Below the pieces are notes generated by a model. It was not told where the DNA came from and searched no databases. It saw only the letters and a list, made by a program, of their open reading frames with translations. From Mytilus californianus (lineage: Eukaryota), in assembly GCF_021869535.1 (NCBI RefSeq), contig NW_026262582.1, positions 63,178,001 through 63,242,000 on the forward strand: 64,000 nt of DNA, in the 5' to 3' direction. Positions 1 to 13,490 of the stretch are shown here, piece after piece (within the stretch, counting starts at the first letter, position 1; each line of letters begins with the position of its first letter). A program made the translations under genes and the position numbers.

Positions 1-250
1 TGGTACCAACGAAAATAAATGAATTCACAGTACGATCTAGAACATTTTTGAGACCAAAATTATGATATTTTTTTAGATATTAACTAAATGGGCCTAAAAC
101 GTGGACCATGCAATCGATATTGTATTTGTGTATTACCTATATTGAAAGGGTAATGAAAATAATACTTTATACAATTGTGTCACGGTCCGAAGCACTTTAC
201 TTGGTAAACCTTTTTCATGAACGGTCAAACCTAAAAATAGATTGAAAGCC

Positions 251-523
251 AATAAATTTGAGAATGGTAATGGGGAATATGTCAAAGAGACAACAACCCG
301 ACAAAACAACAGACAACAGCCGAAGGCCACCAATGGATCTTCAATGCAGCGAAAAAATCCCCACCCGGAGGTGGTCCTCAGCTGGCCCCTAAATAAAATT
401 GTGTGCTAGTTCAGTGAAAATAGACATCACACTAAACTCCAAAACATATACATGAACTAAAATTAAAAAAACATACAAGACTATCAAAGGTCAGAGGCTC
501 CTGATTTGGGACAGGCGCAAAAA
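251..523 (+). mobile_element. Interspersed repeat family A
   Basis: AATAAA(A/T)TTGAGAATGG..GTCAAAGAGACAACAACCCGAC..TGGCCCCTAAA..CCTGATTTGGGACAGGC; five copies in the window. Confidence 0.8.
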
Positions 524-852
524 GGATGTATGAGGAGATAAATGACCAAAAGGGACCCAAGAACTGCTCAATAGATTTAAATAGGAACCAAATCATAGGA
601 AAAAAAATAACGAAAAGATGACCAAAATACTGTTTCGCAAGTAGTCCACGCTCAAATAGATTAGTTGTTACAGGATTAGTGCTTTAGTGATAATACTATT
701 GTCAAATTATCGTGTCTTGTATTCTAGGGATTAACACTTCTTTATTTACAGATTAAAACACGTTTAAATGTTTATGTTCTGTTCTGAATTTCTGCCATGT
801 TACTACATTGTATGTATCCTCTGCAAAAAAAATCGTAACCTATATATTGTTA

Positions 853-1090
853 GGGAACGACTATTTAACTCTGAAAGAGAGGGGTATTGTTTATTTCTTT
901 AAAAAAAGTACATGTATATATTGATTCCAAACTTTGAAGAAATAATTATTCTTTTTAAAAGTTTCAGTCACTAAATTTGATATTAAGTTCTTAAAAAATG
1001 AATTTTAAGAAATGTTTGCTAGGTATGGAAAAGAATCTCAAAATGAAAAAGAAAACCACCTGTGGCTCTTAAGTTTAAATGCTCGTTCCC
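853..1090. mobile_element. Tourist-like (PIF/Harbinger) MITE
   Basis: TIR GGGAACGAC(T)ATTTAA / TTTAAATGCTCGTTCCC, flanked by TTA at 850-852 and 1091-1093. Confidence 0.75.
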
Positions 1091-1424
1091 TTACAGTATA
1101 AAAACACGATATTAAAATCATTAAAGTTTGCCTGACTTCAAAGAGTTATTCATAAAAGTATTGAGGATTTATATTAGATGGCATTTAATATAAAAAGAAT
1201 TCATTGCAGAGTTTTCTCAATCTCTCCTAAAATCTAATAGTAAGTGATTAAATTTAGTCTACAATTATACCATGAAATGAGCTTCTTCGATTTTTATTTG
1301 TCCTGATAAAAGATATTTTTAACATGTGTTTCAAATTATTTTTTCACGTGTGTGTCAAGTTAAATGAATTGCACTAAACGCAGATTAGCTGTACATACGT
1401 TGACTGCCATCCTCATTACTTTAA

Positions 1425-1650
1425 GGGAGCTACCATTTGATTTTTATGGGGGGCTAGGATGAAAATATTTGTCCTGCCTTTTTATTTTTTACTCTATAAG
1501 GTCCTGCCTTTTTTTTAGTTTATCTTGACTTTTTTATTTAACTAAATTGTCATCCTGCCTTTTTTTTTTTTTTGCAAATAATCTCATCCTGCCTTTTTTT
1601 TTACTCAAAACTCCTGTCCTGCCTATTTTTTTCAAATTTCATCCTAGCCC
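1425..1650. mobile_element. Truncated copy of the 52.7-kb MITE
   Basis: TAA|GGGAGCTACCATTTGATTTTTATGGGGGG and the same CCTGCCTTTTT repeats; right TIR missing. Confidence 0.75.
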
Positions 1651-1724
1651 TTGTCTTTTTGACATTGTGTCATAGATTAAATTTATTCGTTTAGTGTATG
1701 TTTACTTGTTTTTGTTAATATGTC

Positions 1725-2130
1725 TTTTTGAGTTAAGCCATTTAAATTGATATTCTATAGTGTGTCTTTCTATGTTGTAATGTTACACTACTATTTTAGG
1801 TTAGGGTGAAGTTTGACGCCTTTTAAAACGTTTAAACCCGCTGCATTTATTTGCACCTGTCCTAAGTCAGGAGCCTGTTTTAGTGGTTGTCGTTTGTTGA
1901 TGTGGTTCTTAAGTGTTTCTCGTTTTTTATATAGGTTAGACCGTTTGTTTTCCTGTTTGGATTGTTTTTACACTAGTCGTTTTGGGGCCCTTTAGCTTGC
2001 TGTTCGGTGTACATGTGAGCCAAGGCTCCGTGTAGAAGGCCGTACTTTGACCTATAATTGTTTACTTTTTACACATTGTGACTTGGATGGAGAGTTGTCT
2101 CATTGGCACTCATCCCACATCTTCTTATTT
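1725..2130 (-). mobile_element. Family B
   Basis: GAGAGTTGTCTCATTGGCACTCATCCCACATCTTCTT end; 87% or similar likeness to 24700-25008 by eye (not computed). Confidence 0.8.
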
Positions 2131-2705
2131 CTATTTGATGCGTTATTTATTATCATTTTTCTCGGACGTGGGGAGGGGAGGGGAGACACTTGCAATTTAA
2201 TCAATGTTAGGGATGAGCCACTGGAATAAATAACTAGTTGATAAAGTGAGAACAAACATATGACAAGGTTATTGATCGAATCATAAGTATCAGAAACTAA
2301 TCAGACGGCTATCTTATTTCCAAAGATGCTATTAAAACCACAGTCACAAATGCATCAGATATTTGTTAATCTCTTCACGAAATAGCGTAATCATGATAGC
2401 TATAGATATGGTATATGTTTTGTTAAAAATTATATTTAAAATTTTATAACAACACATTTCAATAAAATAATATCCGTATTTTCATGCCAGTACCAAAGTA
2501 CTGGCCACTGGTTGGTGATACCCATGTATGCTAACAGTCCATCAGAGGAGGCATCAGCCCAGTGGTACTAATAATCTCTGGAGTGTCGTTTTCATTGTTT
2601 TATTTATAATGATGTTTTGTGACTGTTCCATTGATGTTTACCCCTCAACTCCAATTATTCATCTGTTTTTTTTTATCAAGTCTCCCACTTTTTCCTTTAT
2701 CTCGT

Positions 2706-3071
2706 AATAAAATTGAGAATGGAAATGGGGAATGTGTCAAAGAGACAACAACCCGACCATAGAGCAGACAACAACCGAAGGCCACCAATGGGTCTTCAAT
2801 GCAGCGAGAAACTCCCGCACCCGGAGGTGTCCTTCAGCTGGCCCCTAAACAAATATGTATACTAGTTCAGTGAAAATGGACGTCAAACTAAACTCCAAAT
2901 TATACACAAGAAACTAAAATTAAAAATGATACAAGACTAACAAAGGCCAGAGGCTCCTGACTTGGGACAGGCGCAAAAATGCCGCGGGGTTAAACATGTT
3001 TTTTGAAATCTCAACCCTCCCCCTATACCTCTAGCCAATGTAGAAAAAACAAACGTACAACAGTACGCACG
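2706..3071 (+). mobile_element. Interspersed repeat family A
   Basis: As above; absent from the duplicated segment at about 3860. Confidence 0.85.
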
Positions 3072-3401
3072 TTGTAATACGTGAACATTTTATTTATCAA
3101 TTTACTTATTTATTTTTGCCAAAGTGATAATGTATTGCTAAAGAAAAAAATCAACAGGAACAGTGATATAATGACGGTAAAGACGCATTTTATGAAAATG
3201 ACGTAATTTCTATTGACTTTTAACTGAAAACATACATTCCAAGGAATAAAACAATAAAACTGGAATTTCCACCTATTAATATATTTGTTTGTGTAGCTCA
3301 TCGTGTCTGGTGAATTGCACTTAGAAACCTTCATAAGCAGTCGCGTTAATCTATAATAAAATCCCTAACATGCCAAATTTCATATAGTTTAATATGCTTG
3401 A

Positions 3402-3700
3402 GGATGTTCGCAGTTTTTGTCATTAATTGTCAGCTATTCGGAATCCTCTGGTTTTATCAATGTAGTCCCATTAAAATTTCGCGTTCTAATCCCTTCTTTT
3501 TTTTTTAAATATAATTTTGTAACATATAGTTTTTAAAGCCATTTTTGAAAATCTTCAAAAATCTTTGTTGTTTTTTCATAGTTTTTGAAAGAAAATGTGT
3601 CAATGTTTTAAAAGTGTGAGAAAAATCTAGAGAGAATCAATTCCCGCCAAAATATCCATGCCTTATATCTCAAAAACAAGGACAACTTTTTTTTCTCCTA
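3402..3700 (-). mobile_element. Truncated Kolobok-like copy (second partial copy at about 4170-4430)
   Basis: GGATGTTCGC start, GGAATCCTCTGGTTTTATC and TTCCCGCCAAAA (reverse of the 14.1-kb internals). Confidence 0.7.
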
Positions 3701-5261
3701 TTTTAGTTCCGTTAACTATATACATGTACTATAAATTTGATCCTTGGCGTCTTTTTTTTTTTAGAATTTTTATTTATTATGTTGTTGGGTGACTGTCTTA
3801 TTGATGTTTACCCATCAACTCCAATTACGCTTCTGTTTTTCTTTCATCTGATAAAAAAAAGTTGTAATTCGTGTTAAATTTATTTATCAATTTACTTATT
3901 TATTTTGCCAAAGTGATAAATGCATTGCAAAAGAAACGAATCAACAGAAACAGTGTTATAATGACAGTGGAGAGGTATCTTATGAAAATGACGTCATTTT
4001 TATTTACTATTAACTGAAACCATACATTCCACAACGGGATATAAACAATAAAAGTGGAATTTCCACCTATTGATATATTTGTTTGCGTAGATTATCGTGT
4101 CTAGTGAATTGTACTTAGAAACCTCCATAAAGAAGTCGTGTGATTTCATAATAATAACCCTACACAAATTGTTTTATCCATGTAGTGCCATTAATATTTC
4201 ACCCGATAACCCTTTCTTTTCTTTTCATAATTTTATTACATATGGTTTTAAAACTTATAAAATCTTTGTTGTTTTCTCATAGTTTTTAAAAGAAAAAGTG
4301 TCAATGTTAAATGTGTGAAAAATCAAGACAGAATCAATTCCCGCCAAAATTTCCATGACTTACATGTCAAAAACAAAGACACTTTTTTCTGCGTTTTAAG
4401 TTTCGATAATTATATACTATAAATCTTAACTGTCTTTTAAAAAGTTTGTAATTTTAAAATAGACCAGCCTTCACATTCTTAACTTTTATCGTCAAAAATT
4501 GCATTCAACACGCAACCGATATTTCGATTATCATTTTGTCCGGATAAAAAAGAAACCAAATTCGACATTAAAATAACATTGAAAGTTCACAATTTGATGG
4601 TGGATCAGAAAATGAACTATGTAGTTGTTATTTTCGTATAACTGTAAGATTGAACACTTTACTATGGGTTTGGAGGGGAGTCATTTATTTAAATTTTTAG
4701 ACCAATTTCTCTATTTATTTATTTATTTAGGCCGTGTTCTCTATTCTTTGTTCGTGACATCACCGAATGTGTACTTACCATGAGAAAATATACCACTAGA
4801 GAAGCAGGATCTGCTTACCCTTCCGAAGCACCTGAGATCGCCTCAAGTTTTGAAGGGCTTAATCCATGTTGCTCAGTGTTTAGTTTTCTATATGCAAATG
4901 CAGCGTTATGTAGACCTACGTTTGTCTTTTCGTTGTTCTTGTCTTTTGCTATAGTGTTATCGATATATCTTTGACTTATGAGTTCCGAATGTACCCTTAG
5001 TATCTTCCACCCTTTTTCGTTTTCTTTTTTATCTAAATCATAATCCATGAATTTCTCCAGTTTCAATATCGAGTATTTTTCCGTTTTTGATTCTGATTTT
5101 GAAACACTGCTTTTTCATTCTACTTTGGAATAGTTTGTTTGTTCTTTTGTATTTCTTACAAATGGGAAAAGAAAATGTGCCGGAGAAATTTGAAAATTCA
5201 GTTAACAGTATTTTCAGACGTTTTTTCAATATGAGGATGTAAATGCACAGTTTTTATGCAA

Positions 5262-5600
5262 ATTTTATGCGACTGTCATACAAGTGAGAGTTTAAGCTAG
5301 CTATTAAACCAGGTTTAATCCACCATTTTCTACATAAGGAAATGCCTGTACCAAGTCAGGAATATGACAGTTGTAATCCATTTGTTTGATGTGTTTGAAC
5401 TTTTGATTTTGCCATTTGATTAGGGACTTTCCGTTTTGAATTTTCCTCGGAGTTCATTATTTTTGTGATTTTCAATTTTTTGAAGAGCTATACATAAGAA
5501 CAAAATGTTAAAAACAGTTGGAAATGGCTTTTGAATTTGCCATTTGATAATGGACTTTCCGATTTGAATTTTCATTGGCGTTCGGTATTTTTGTTATTTT
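5262..5600 (-). mobile_element. Family C (5262-5475) plus a partial second copy (5525-5600)
   Basis: GCCTGTACCAAGTCAGGAATATGACAGTTG..GAATTTTCCTCGGAGTTCA. Confidence 0.8.
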
Positions 5601-6136
5601 GCTTTATGCCATCTTAACTGGTCCCCGTCCTCTATTCCTCAATATTTAATTCAAGTAAGGACCAGATGTTTTCCCAATTGTTCAACACACCTACACAATT
5701 TTTAGGCAGGAAGATAGTTATTTGCATAAAGATCAAAATTGATAAAGCACAATAAATTTTGACTTTGAAATAAATTAAGTAATTATTATTTACGATGTAT
5801 AAGAGGATTAACATTCAAAATGGACGATGTTAAATCGTCTATAGAAGACAATTGTTCTATATACACAATTGGAAACGAAATTGTTGAGTTACCCTCTCAA
5901 AGTGGTAGGTCCATGGTGTTTGAAAGATTGATCCACGGGTTATAACGGAAGAACAGAAATCGAGCATTAATTGATACCAATTTTTCCATAACTTTTCGTT
6001 TTTTACCGATGAAAAAGAGGCCCGGAATCCCTACCTAACATACAACTAATAAACACACGTGTAGTTACTTTCCAATATAACCTTATAAATTCAGACAGTC
6101 CCTTCGTTACAATTTCATTTATCAAATATTATTAAA

Positions 6137-6397
6137 GAGGGTGTGAATTGATGTACTTCATTTCTGTTTTTGTTATTTTAGGGCCATTTTTTCTCTCTCT
6201 CATTCTTTATATGTTTGGCTCATTATTCTCTATTCTTTATTATTTCACCAACTAAATTAATCTCTTTTCTTTATTTTTATGGTCCATTTTTCTTTATTCT
6301 TTATAGTCCCCCCTCCCCACACACACACACACACACACACGCACACACACACACATCATGATCATTCTCTATTCTATAAACTACCATTCAGACCCTC
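6137..6397. mobile_element. MITE family E with a (CA)n insertion
   Basis: GAGGGTGTGA..CCATTCAGACCCTC; (CA)n at 6318-6355. Confidence 0.55.
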
Positions 6398-6964
6398 ATT
6401 TAATATCAAAAAACGAACTGTAAAAGCTACGGATGCAATTAATTCAACAACTTCGAGGGGTAATAATTGAGACAAACGATACCACTATCCTAAAGGACAT
6501 TAATGTCCAGTTTAGGTATGTTATGTTTTTACAGAGTCAACGAAAACTTAATTTAAAAGAATATATCAAGACGCTTACCTGCCAATTCATTCGTCATCTT
6601 TAAAATTACATTTTCCAAATGTTCAAAATTGTTCAATGGTTGTCAACTGTTTTGAAATATCAGTTTCTTAGAGAAAAGTGCTAATTTGATATCCAAGAAG
6701 GTAAATGTCGAAAGTCATAAATTAACACTTCATCTTAATCTACGTTGTTCTGGCAACACATTGATTACAGGTGCGTTTCATCAAAATGTTAATTTCAAAC
6801 CTGAACAGTTTATATGTATAGCAAAACTTGTTAATTTCAAAAGGAGCCATAACTTTGAATATAATGTTTCTAACAGTCTATTTAATATATTTGCTATAAG
6901 CGTAGGAAGGGAACCTGTTAACTCGTCTTTATGGTTTTCAAACTAACGCATGTTGACCTGGTAT

Positions 6965-7296
6965 GAGGGTCTAAATGGGGAGTCAATTTCTGTACTCTTT
7001 AAAATTTTAGGGCATTTTTCTTTATCTTTAAAAATAACGCGTATTCTGTAAAATTCTCATGAAAATAATTTTACTATTAAATTCTACAATGATTTAATGA
7101 TTTCCTTATTTTGTACATCGTTCATTTCTGTAATCAGTAATTATATATATTGCCTTATAATTTTATTTTCCACAGTGATTCTTTATTCTTTTGCGCCCCA
7201 TTATATTCTCTATTCTTTATATTTTTCCTCATTTTTCTCTATTTATTATTTTGTTAGGCCATTATTCTCTAATCTGTAAACCCCATCCACATCCTC
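6965..7296. mobile_element. MITE family E (TIR GAGGGTCTGGATGGGG; internal TTATTCTCTATTCTTT low complexity)
   Basis: GAGGGTCTAAATGGGG..CCCCATCCACATCCTC. Confidence 0.7.
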
Positions 7297-7770
7297 TGGA
7301 TTTCATAACTATATAAAAAAAAAACACTATTGCACAAGTTTTTTTTCTCAAAACAACACTTTAACTTTAATGATATAAAAGCTAAATAAATAAGTAACGA
7401 TTCCTTATACTAATATTTATCGTCTACTAAAAGCGAAATTCCACACTGTCAGTTAACCTTCTCTATTTGATTTGTTTTTAATCGACTTAACTCAAAATAA
7501 AACTTAAAACAAGCCTCGATTTCACAATAACTTGCACAACTTTCGATAAGTGCATTGACACTAAGACTTTGGGACTAACGACCGATTGGTTGTTCATCGA
7601 CTTATTATGAAACACGACTGAGTAGACAAATCGTTAGATCGAGCAACCAGCCAATTGAATTTACTTGTATTATTACGTGACTATGTAATAAAAAAAACCT
7701 ATCCATTTGAAAATGAGCATTTGCTAAACGTGTACTATAAACGTTTGATTGATATATAGTGTTTAATATA

Positions 7771-8328
7771 AAAATAAGAAGATGTGGTATGATTGCCAAT
7801 GAGACAACTCTCCACCAGAGACCAAATGACACAGAAATTAACAACTATTACAGGTCACCGTACGACCTTCAACAATGAATAAAACCCATACCGCGTAGTC
7901 AGCTATAAAAGGCCACGAAATGACAAATGTAAAACAATTCAAACGAGAAAAATAACGGCCTGATTTATGTACAAAATAATGAACGAAAAAAAAATATGAT
8001 ATACGGCAACAAACGACAAACACTGAATTACAGGCTCCTGACTTGGGACAGGCACATACAGAACGTGGCGGGGTTAAACTAGTTTGTTGGCGCCAACCCC
8101 CCTCCCCCTCCCCCAATCCCCCTAACCTGGGTAAAGGGACAACATAAGAACAAACTATGCAAAACAATAAACGAAAAACAAATATGAGAAACAGCAAAAA
8201 AACGACAACCACTCAATAACAGGTTCCTGACTTGGGACAGGCACATATAGAATGTGGTGGGGTTAAAATAGTTTGAAGGCACCAACCCTCCCTTAACCTG
8301 GGACAATGGTGTAACAGTACAACATAAG
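7771..8328 (+). mobile_element. Interspersed repeat family B, with tandem duplication of its 3' subunit
   Basis: AAGAAGATGTGGTATGATTGCCAATGAGACAACTCTCC..; CCTGACTTGGGACAGGCACATA..GGGGTTAAA occurs twice (8037, 8226). Confidence 0.85.
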
Positions 8329-9664
8329 CCAGAATAGAGAATAATGGATCAAATCTACATAAAAATGGACCAGACAAATACAGAATAGAGAATAAAGTGG
8401 TGAATGTTAAGAATAGAGAATAATGGGAATAAAATATAATAAAATACAGAAATAATGGACTACCCGTTCAATGTCAATTGCTATAGGTATTTTTACGTTC
8501 GCGTTTGCTTACAATGGACACAGCTAAACATATTGTCTTGACAGAACACTGTTGACGTGACACGATGTCCTATATGTTCGGTTACTGTGATACGGAAACA
8601 ATATATATATGTTCATGTTGAGGTTATATAAAATAACACAAAGCGAAGAGTGTGATAGAGCAGATTGTTACCCCGAGAAAACATTGTCAACCAAGGAGTA
8701 TTTGTAATTTATTATACTGAATATTCTGTCATGATTGTCTTTCGAATTATAAATTGAAAGTAATTAACGACGTAACAGTTATTAAAAAAAAATGAAAGTG
8801 AAGCTGGATGTATTCTTTAATGTTGACAGTCTATCAAAAAGGTCCGAGGCCGAAACGTAAAACTTGAGTATTGTCTTTAAAATTATTGATATAAATTCAA
8901 TTCATTGTTCTTTGAATATTAATATTTGATTGGTCTGTATGAGAAGGTAAATTAAAAAAAAATGTCTCCCGCTGAGCCATGGGATAGAGTAAATTGTCCC
9001 CCTCGTGTATTAACCAATCAAAATCTGGCATTTTAACGTGAAGTTTAATACACCCATTCGGACACTTACTTTTATTACTGATAGGTACGCATATCGACGT
9101 TAAAATCAAAAGGGGGAAACCCAATGATAACGAATTTCTAATCAACTCACATATGGACGACTGAATTCGGTAGATAACCTGACGTATTGTTAAAGGCGCG
9201 ATAATTTTTAACATGCTTATATTGCTTAATAAAAGACAATGGCGCTTTTGATATTTTTGCCAGGATAACAACTAATCAGTTTCATAATTTTGAGATATTA
9301 CCTCAGTTTGTTTACAATTTTTTCGATAGTTTTTTTACGCAATTAAACTAAGCAACACTCATTAACAGCTGGGAGCCTCGTTATGAAAAAAATACATTAC
9401 AGCTTAAAGGTAATATATTTTAACAGTCCTTAATTAATTACTTTCATCAGTAATTAATAACCCATCATAATAATTAACTCTTCTTTTATCTATATGAAAT
9501 AACATTTAACAGCGTTATATCTTTACATTCTGATTGATTTTTACAATTTGAAACATCTTGTGTAACTCACATCAAACGATGTACTTTATTTATGTTATAC
9601 ATTTGTACCTACCAGTAAATATATATATAAACATGATCATAAATGTATCGCCATGGTTTAATAA

Positions 9665-9922
9665 TGAACGATTTCTTTATTCTTTATTTGTAAGACCATT
9701 TTTCTCTATTATTCATTTATCTAGCCCATTATATCCTGTTCTGTATTTTTCTTTTATTCTCTATTCTTTATTTTTGTGACCTAGCTATTTTTCTCTATTC
9801 TTTATTTTTCTGGCCTATTTTTTTATTTTTCTGGCCTATTTTTATCTATTCTTTATATTTTCCCCTTTATTCTGCACACTTTGACCATTATCTTCTATTC
9901 TGTAAACCCCATCCAGACCCTC
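9665..9922. mobile_element. MITE family E, left end lost
   Basis: Internal TTCTCTATTCTTTA repeats, ending CCCCATCCAGACCCTC. Confidence 0.65.
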
Positions 9923-11190
9923 ATAAAATGGTAAAATAATTTCAAATACAACCTGGGACATCAGACTGTATGTGGATGATCAATAAACTACTTAAATTTT
10001 ATAAACAATTATATTTTATCTCGAAAAGGAGGTTGTGTGTTTTGTTTTAATTATTACATATACTTTTGAACAATTTTGAAAGATTAATCTAAATTCTAAA
10101 ATTCAAGAAAAGAAATTATTTGGCCATTGTTTTTGCAAGTATAAGTAAATTTATGCAGAAAGGTCACCTATAATGTCACTCTGGTCATTTCACTCAAAAT
10201 ATATATGAGCAACAGTCTTACTCAAATGGAAACAATTTTGATAAATAAATACAAAAAAACAAACAAAAAAACAAAAAAAAACCCACCCACAAAGACCCAA
10301 AAAAAATTTTAAAAGAAGCAATCTTAAATAATTTGTTAATACTGACGGTTTAATTTCCGTAAAGCCATTTATGAATTGTTCTCTTATATAAAATATGATT
10401 GTAATACTCCCACTAAACATTATAACATGATAAATAACAGACTTCGACAACCAATTAGTCAATCAGAGGATATTTAAGTGAACATGGTACAATGGAAGGT
10501 AACTTTATTATACACTTGCAGTCTATAACTAAAGCGCCAACGACAAGAACTAAATATAAATGCCTTATTTTGTGGTGGTTAACGCATTAATGCTTTCCCA
10601 ACAAAATCGACAATTTAATTTTGAACCAATATAGAAAATAAGATCATTCTACAGAAAGCGACACTATTAGAGAAACAAGGCCAAGGCGGTAGATCTGTGC
10701 TCAGGGAGATGACTTTTTAAATCAGCAATGCGTTTAAAATGGACAACTCTTTTAATGCCTTAAAGAACACAAGTGCAACAGAATTAAAAAAAAACTATGT
10801 TGACAAGAAGCTTAGAATATATTTAAGAACATGGTTGACACAATCGTACTAGGGATATTGTACAGCTATGTCCCTTAACCAATGTGACAGCAGTTATTTC
10901 ACTTTGTGATAGTTTCCTACGAAATAACAATGCTGTCATAAAATAATTAAATGTAACAATCGACTGTACATGTAAAATCCGAAGAAACTCTGAACAAGTT
11001 AGATCAACAGGAGTGTACGAAACTTACCTTCTTAAAAAAGGTTTTAGTAACCAAGAGTAAATCACGTTACGTTCTGCATGAAGTCAACTTTTTGTAGTTT
11101 TCCGTTACATTTCAATGTCCTGGACATTTAAGAGTCATACTAGACTAACTCAACCACAAATTAAGACGACGTCAAGAAAACCCTCTGATT

Positions 11191-11490
11191 TTGATTGATG
11201 GATGGATATATTGGTGTTTGACGTCCAGTGGCAACAATTAGGACGAAAATATGTATATGTGATATGAGAAAAAACGAAAGACAAGCGGCATGATCTAATC
11301 TTTTTATGTTCTAGTTCACAAGGTAACGCAGCAAGACTTTTACTCTACCGAGACCCATTATTCTAACTCGAAGCCAAACAATCTTAAATTTGCCCTTAAT
11401 GCATGCTTAGCGATGAAATATCTTGCAGTCTTAATTTGACCTCGACTGAGATCGAGCCCGCGACATTCTGCACTCAAGGCGAGCAAGCGG
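11191..11490 (-). mobile_element. Degenerate tRNA-derived SINE (second family)
   Basis: Reverse complement has the head GCTCGCCTTGAGTGCAGAATGTCGCGGGCTCGATCTCAGTCGAGGTCAAA; tail ..CCACTGGACGTCAAACACCAA + (ATC)-rich end shared with 52.6, 53.4 and 60.2 kb. Confidence 0.55.
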
Positions 11491-12365
11491 TCTTCAGTGG
11501 TTTGCGTTGTTTCCTAATACTTTTGGATTAATTAGGAATTGGTATCGATGTCAAGTAATCTCTTGTAAATTTATCCCCACTTTCTAGATTTTGCGCGATT
11601 TAGAATTTTACATATGGACTTACCGCTTGTCTATCATAGAAAACCTTTAAATGCCTGTTTTTACTCACTAACACGATTTTATTCATTTCCATTGATTTAT
11701 TTTAATCTCCGTAAACCCCCCATTTTATTTTCAATCGGATGTCAATCCCCACTTACTGTTTGATTTTACAAACTTGTATGTTTTTTTTTTATTCCATTAC
11801 AACTTCGTTTTAAATTGACTATAAATAATTTAATAGATAAAAAGACATCTCAAAAGCAGTTAGAAGGTTATTATGTTACATTTTCCCCATCTTCATGAGC
11901 AATTTGGTTTGTAAATGTTCTACCAGTGATAAAGCTCATTATATTTTGATTAAATTATCTACGATAATTTGCTTCTATAAGGCATAATCTTGTTATTAAC
12001 AATTCTATTATACAGATAAAGAGGGATCGATGGGCATCAACCTAGTTTCTCTTTAATTTGGAAATTACCGTAAATGACGTTATAAAAATCACAGTATGCT
12101 ATTTAACGATATTATCAATTAGCAAGATATGTGTTTCTGCAATATCCATCAGCACGTACTCTCAGGGCATCATTTTGGGATGCAGAATAAATGAATGAAA
12201 CGCTGGATAGTATGAAACTAAAACAGGCATAAACAGCTGCCAAACCTATCTATAATCAACATTTTCGAAACGAGTATCAACTTTATATTTGAATATTTAC
12301 GTAAAATTATAAACTGATATTTTTAAAGAAAAAGATAAAATGTTTGCACCATGATGAAAATACCT

Positions 12366-12482
12366 AATTACTGACTAAAACACCGTTACAATACCGAAGT
12401 ACTGAGTATCACCATGACAATACCAAAGTACTGACTAACACCAGACAAAAAAGAAGTACTGATTAACACCATGACAATACTA
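12366..12482. repeat. About 29-bp degenerate tandem repeat x4
   Basis: Recurrent AAGTACTGA(C/G/T)TAACACCATGACAATAC. Confidence 0.7.
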
Positions 12483-13118
12483 TAAATATTGTAAAACACC
12501 TATGTCTGCACTGACTCGCCTCATTTTGTGGCTCGTGGCTAAAATTTTCAAATACCTACATTCAGGAAACTAAATAATAATTTGTACACACGTACCATAG
12601 ACAATTTTCTGATTATAAATTGGCTGAATTATGGATTTGACTGTACATCTAATTCTTTGATGTGGAGAACCGGAAATTTAAGAAGATCATAATAAAACAA
12701 ATAATCGTCTTTATCCTAGTTAATATAACAATATTAAGATTGTTCAATGTATTGAAACCTTTGCCACTGGCGGAATAGTCAGTAAATTTCATATTTAATA
12801 GAGTAAAGAGTTCATTTGTATTCCTATTTTAAATCTTTTCATTGCCTAAGATCCCTACTGCATGACTTTTAACACGCAGTAGCAACGTCTGTTATGAAGA
12901 AATGTAAAAGGGGATACTTTGATGACAGTTGATTGACGGGAAATTGTTACATATGATAAAATATTTATGTTTTGAATATTACGGATGCATGGTTTTAAAT
13001 AAACCGAAGACAATTCTTTCAAATGAAGTTTACTCACTTCTGCATGTGAAACTGGGGTTGACTTTTCTTGAATTTTCTGCACAGCCCATTTTTTGCGTTA
13101 TAATAAATCACATAGATA

Positions 13119-13490
13119 GATAAAAGAAGATGTGGTATGAGTGCAAATGAGACAACTCTTCAACCAAGTCACAATTTGTAATAGTAAATCATTATAGGTC
13201 AAAGTACGGCCTTCAACACGGAGCCTTGGCTCACACCGAACAGCAAGCTATAAAGGGCCCCAAAAATGACTAGTGTAAAACCATTCAAACAGGAAAACCA
13301 ACGGTCTAATCTATATAAAAAACGACGAGAAACAATTATGAACCACATCAACAAACGACAACCACTGAACATCAGGTTCCTGACTTAGCACAGGTGCAAA
13401 CAAATGCAGCGGGTTTAAACGTTTTGATAGGCGCCAACCTTCACCCTACCTTAAACAATAGTGTAACATCAAAACATAGAAAGACATATA
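13119..13490 (+). mobile_element. Family B
   Basis: AAGAAGATGTGGTATGAGTGCAAATGAGACAACTC head and CCTGACTTAGCACAGG. Confidence 0.8.

Larger units (their letters stand above)
2595..4430. repeat. Local tandem segmental duplication (about 2595-3760 vs 3765-4430)
   Basis: Shared ATTGATGTTTACCC.TCAACTCCAATTA, TTTATTTATCAATTTACTTATTTATT(T)TTGCCAAAGTGATA and GGAATTTCCACCTATT. Confidence 0.85.

Noticed and set aside
7838-8306. 124-aa and 75-aa ORFs, and similar ones at 133, 1813, 4815, 17416, 23881, 48485, 60446 and 62125
   Set aside because: They lie entirely within repeat families A-D.
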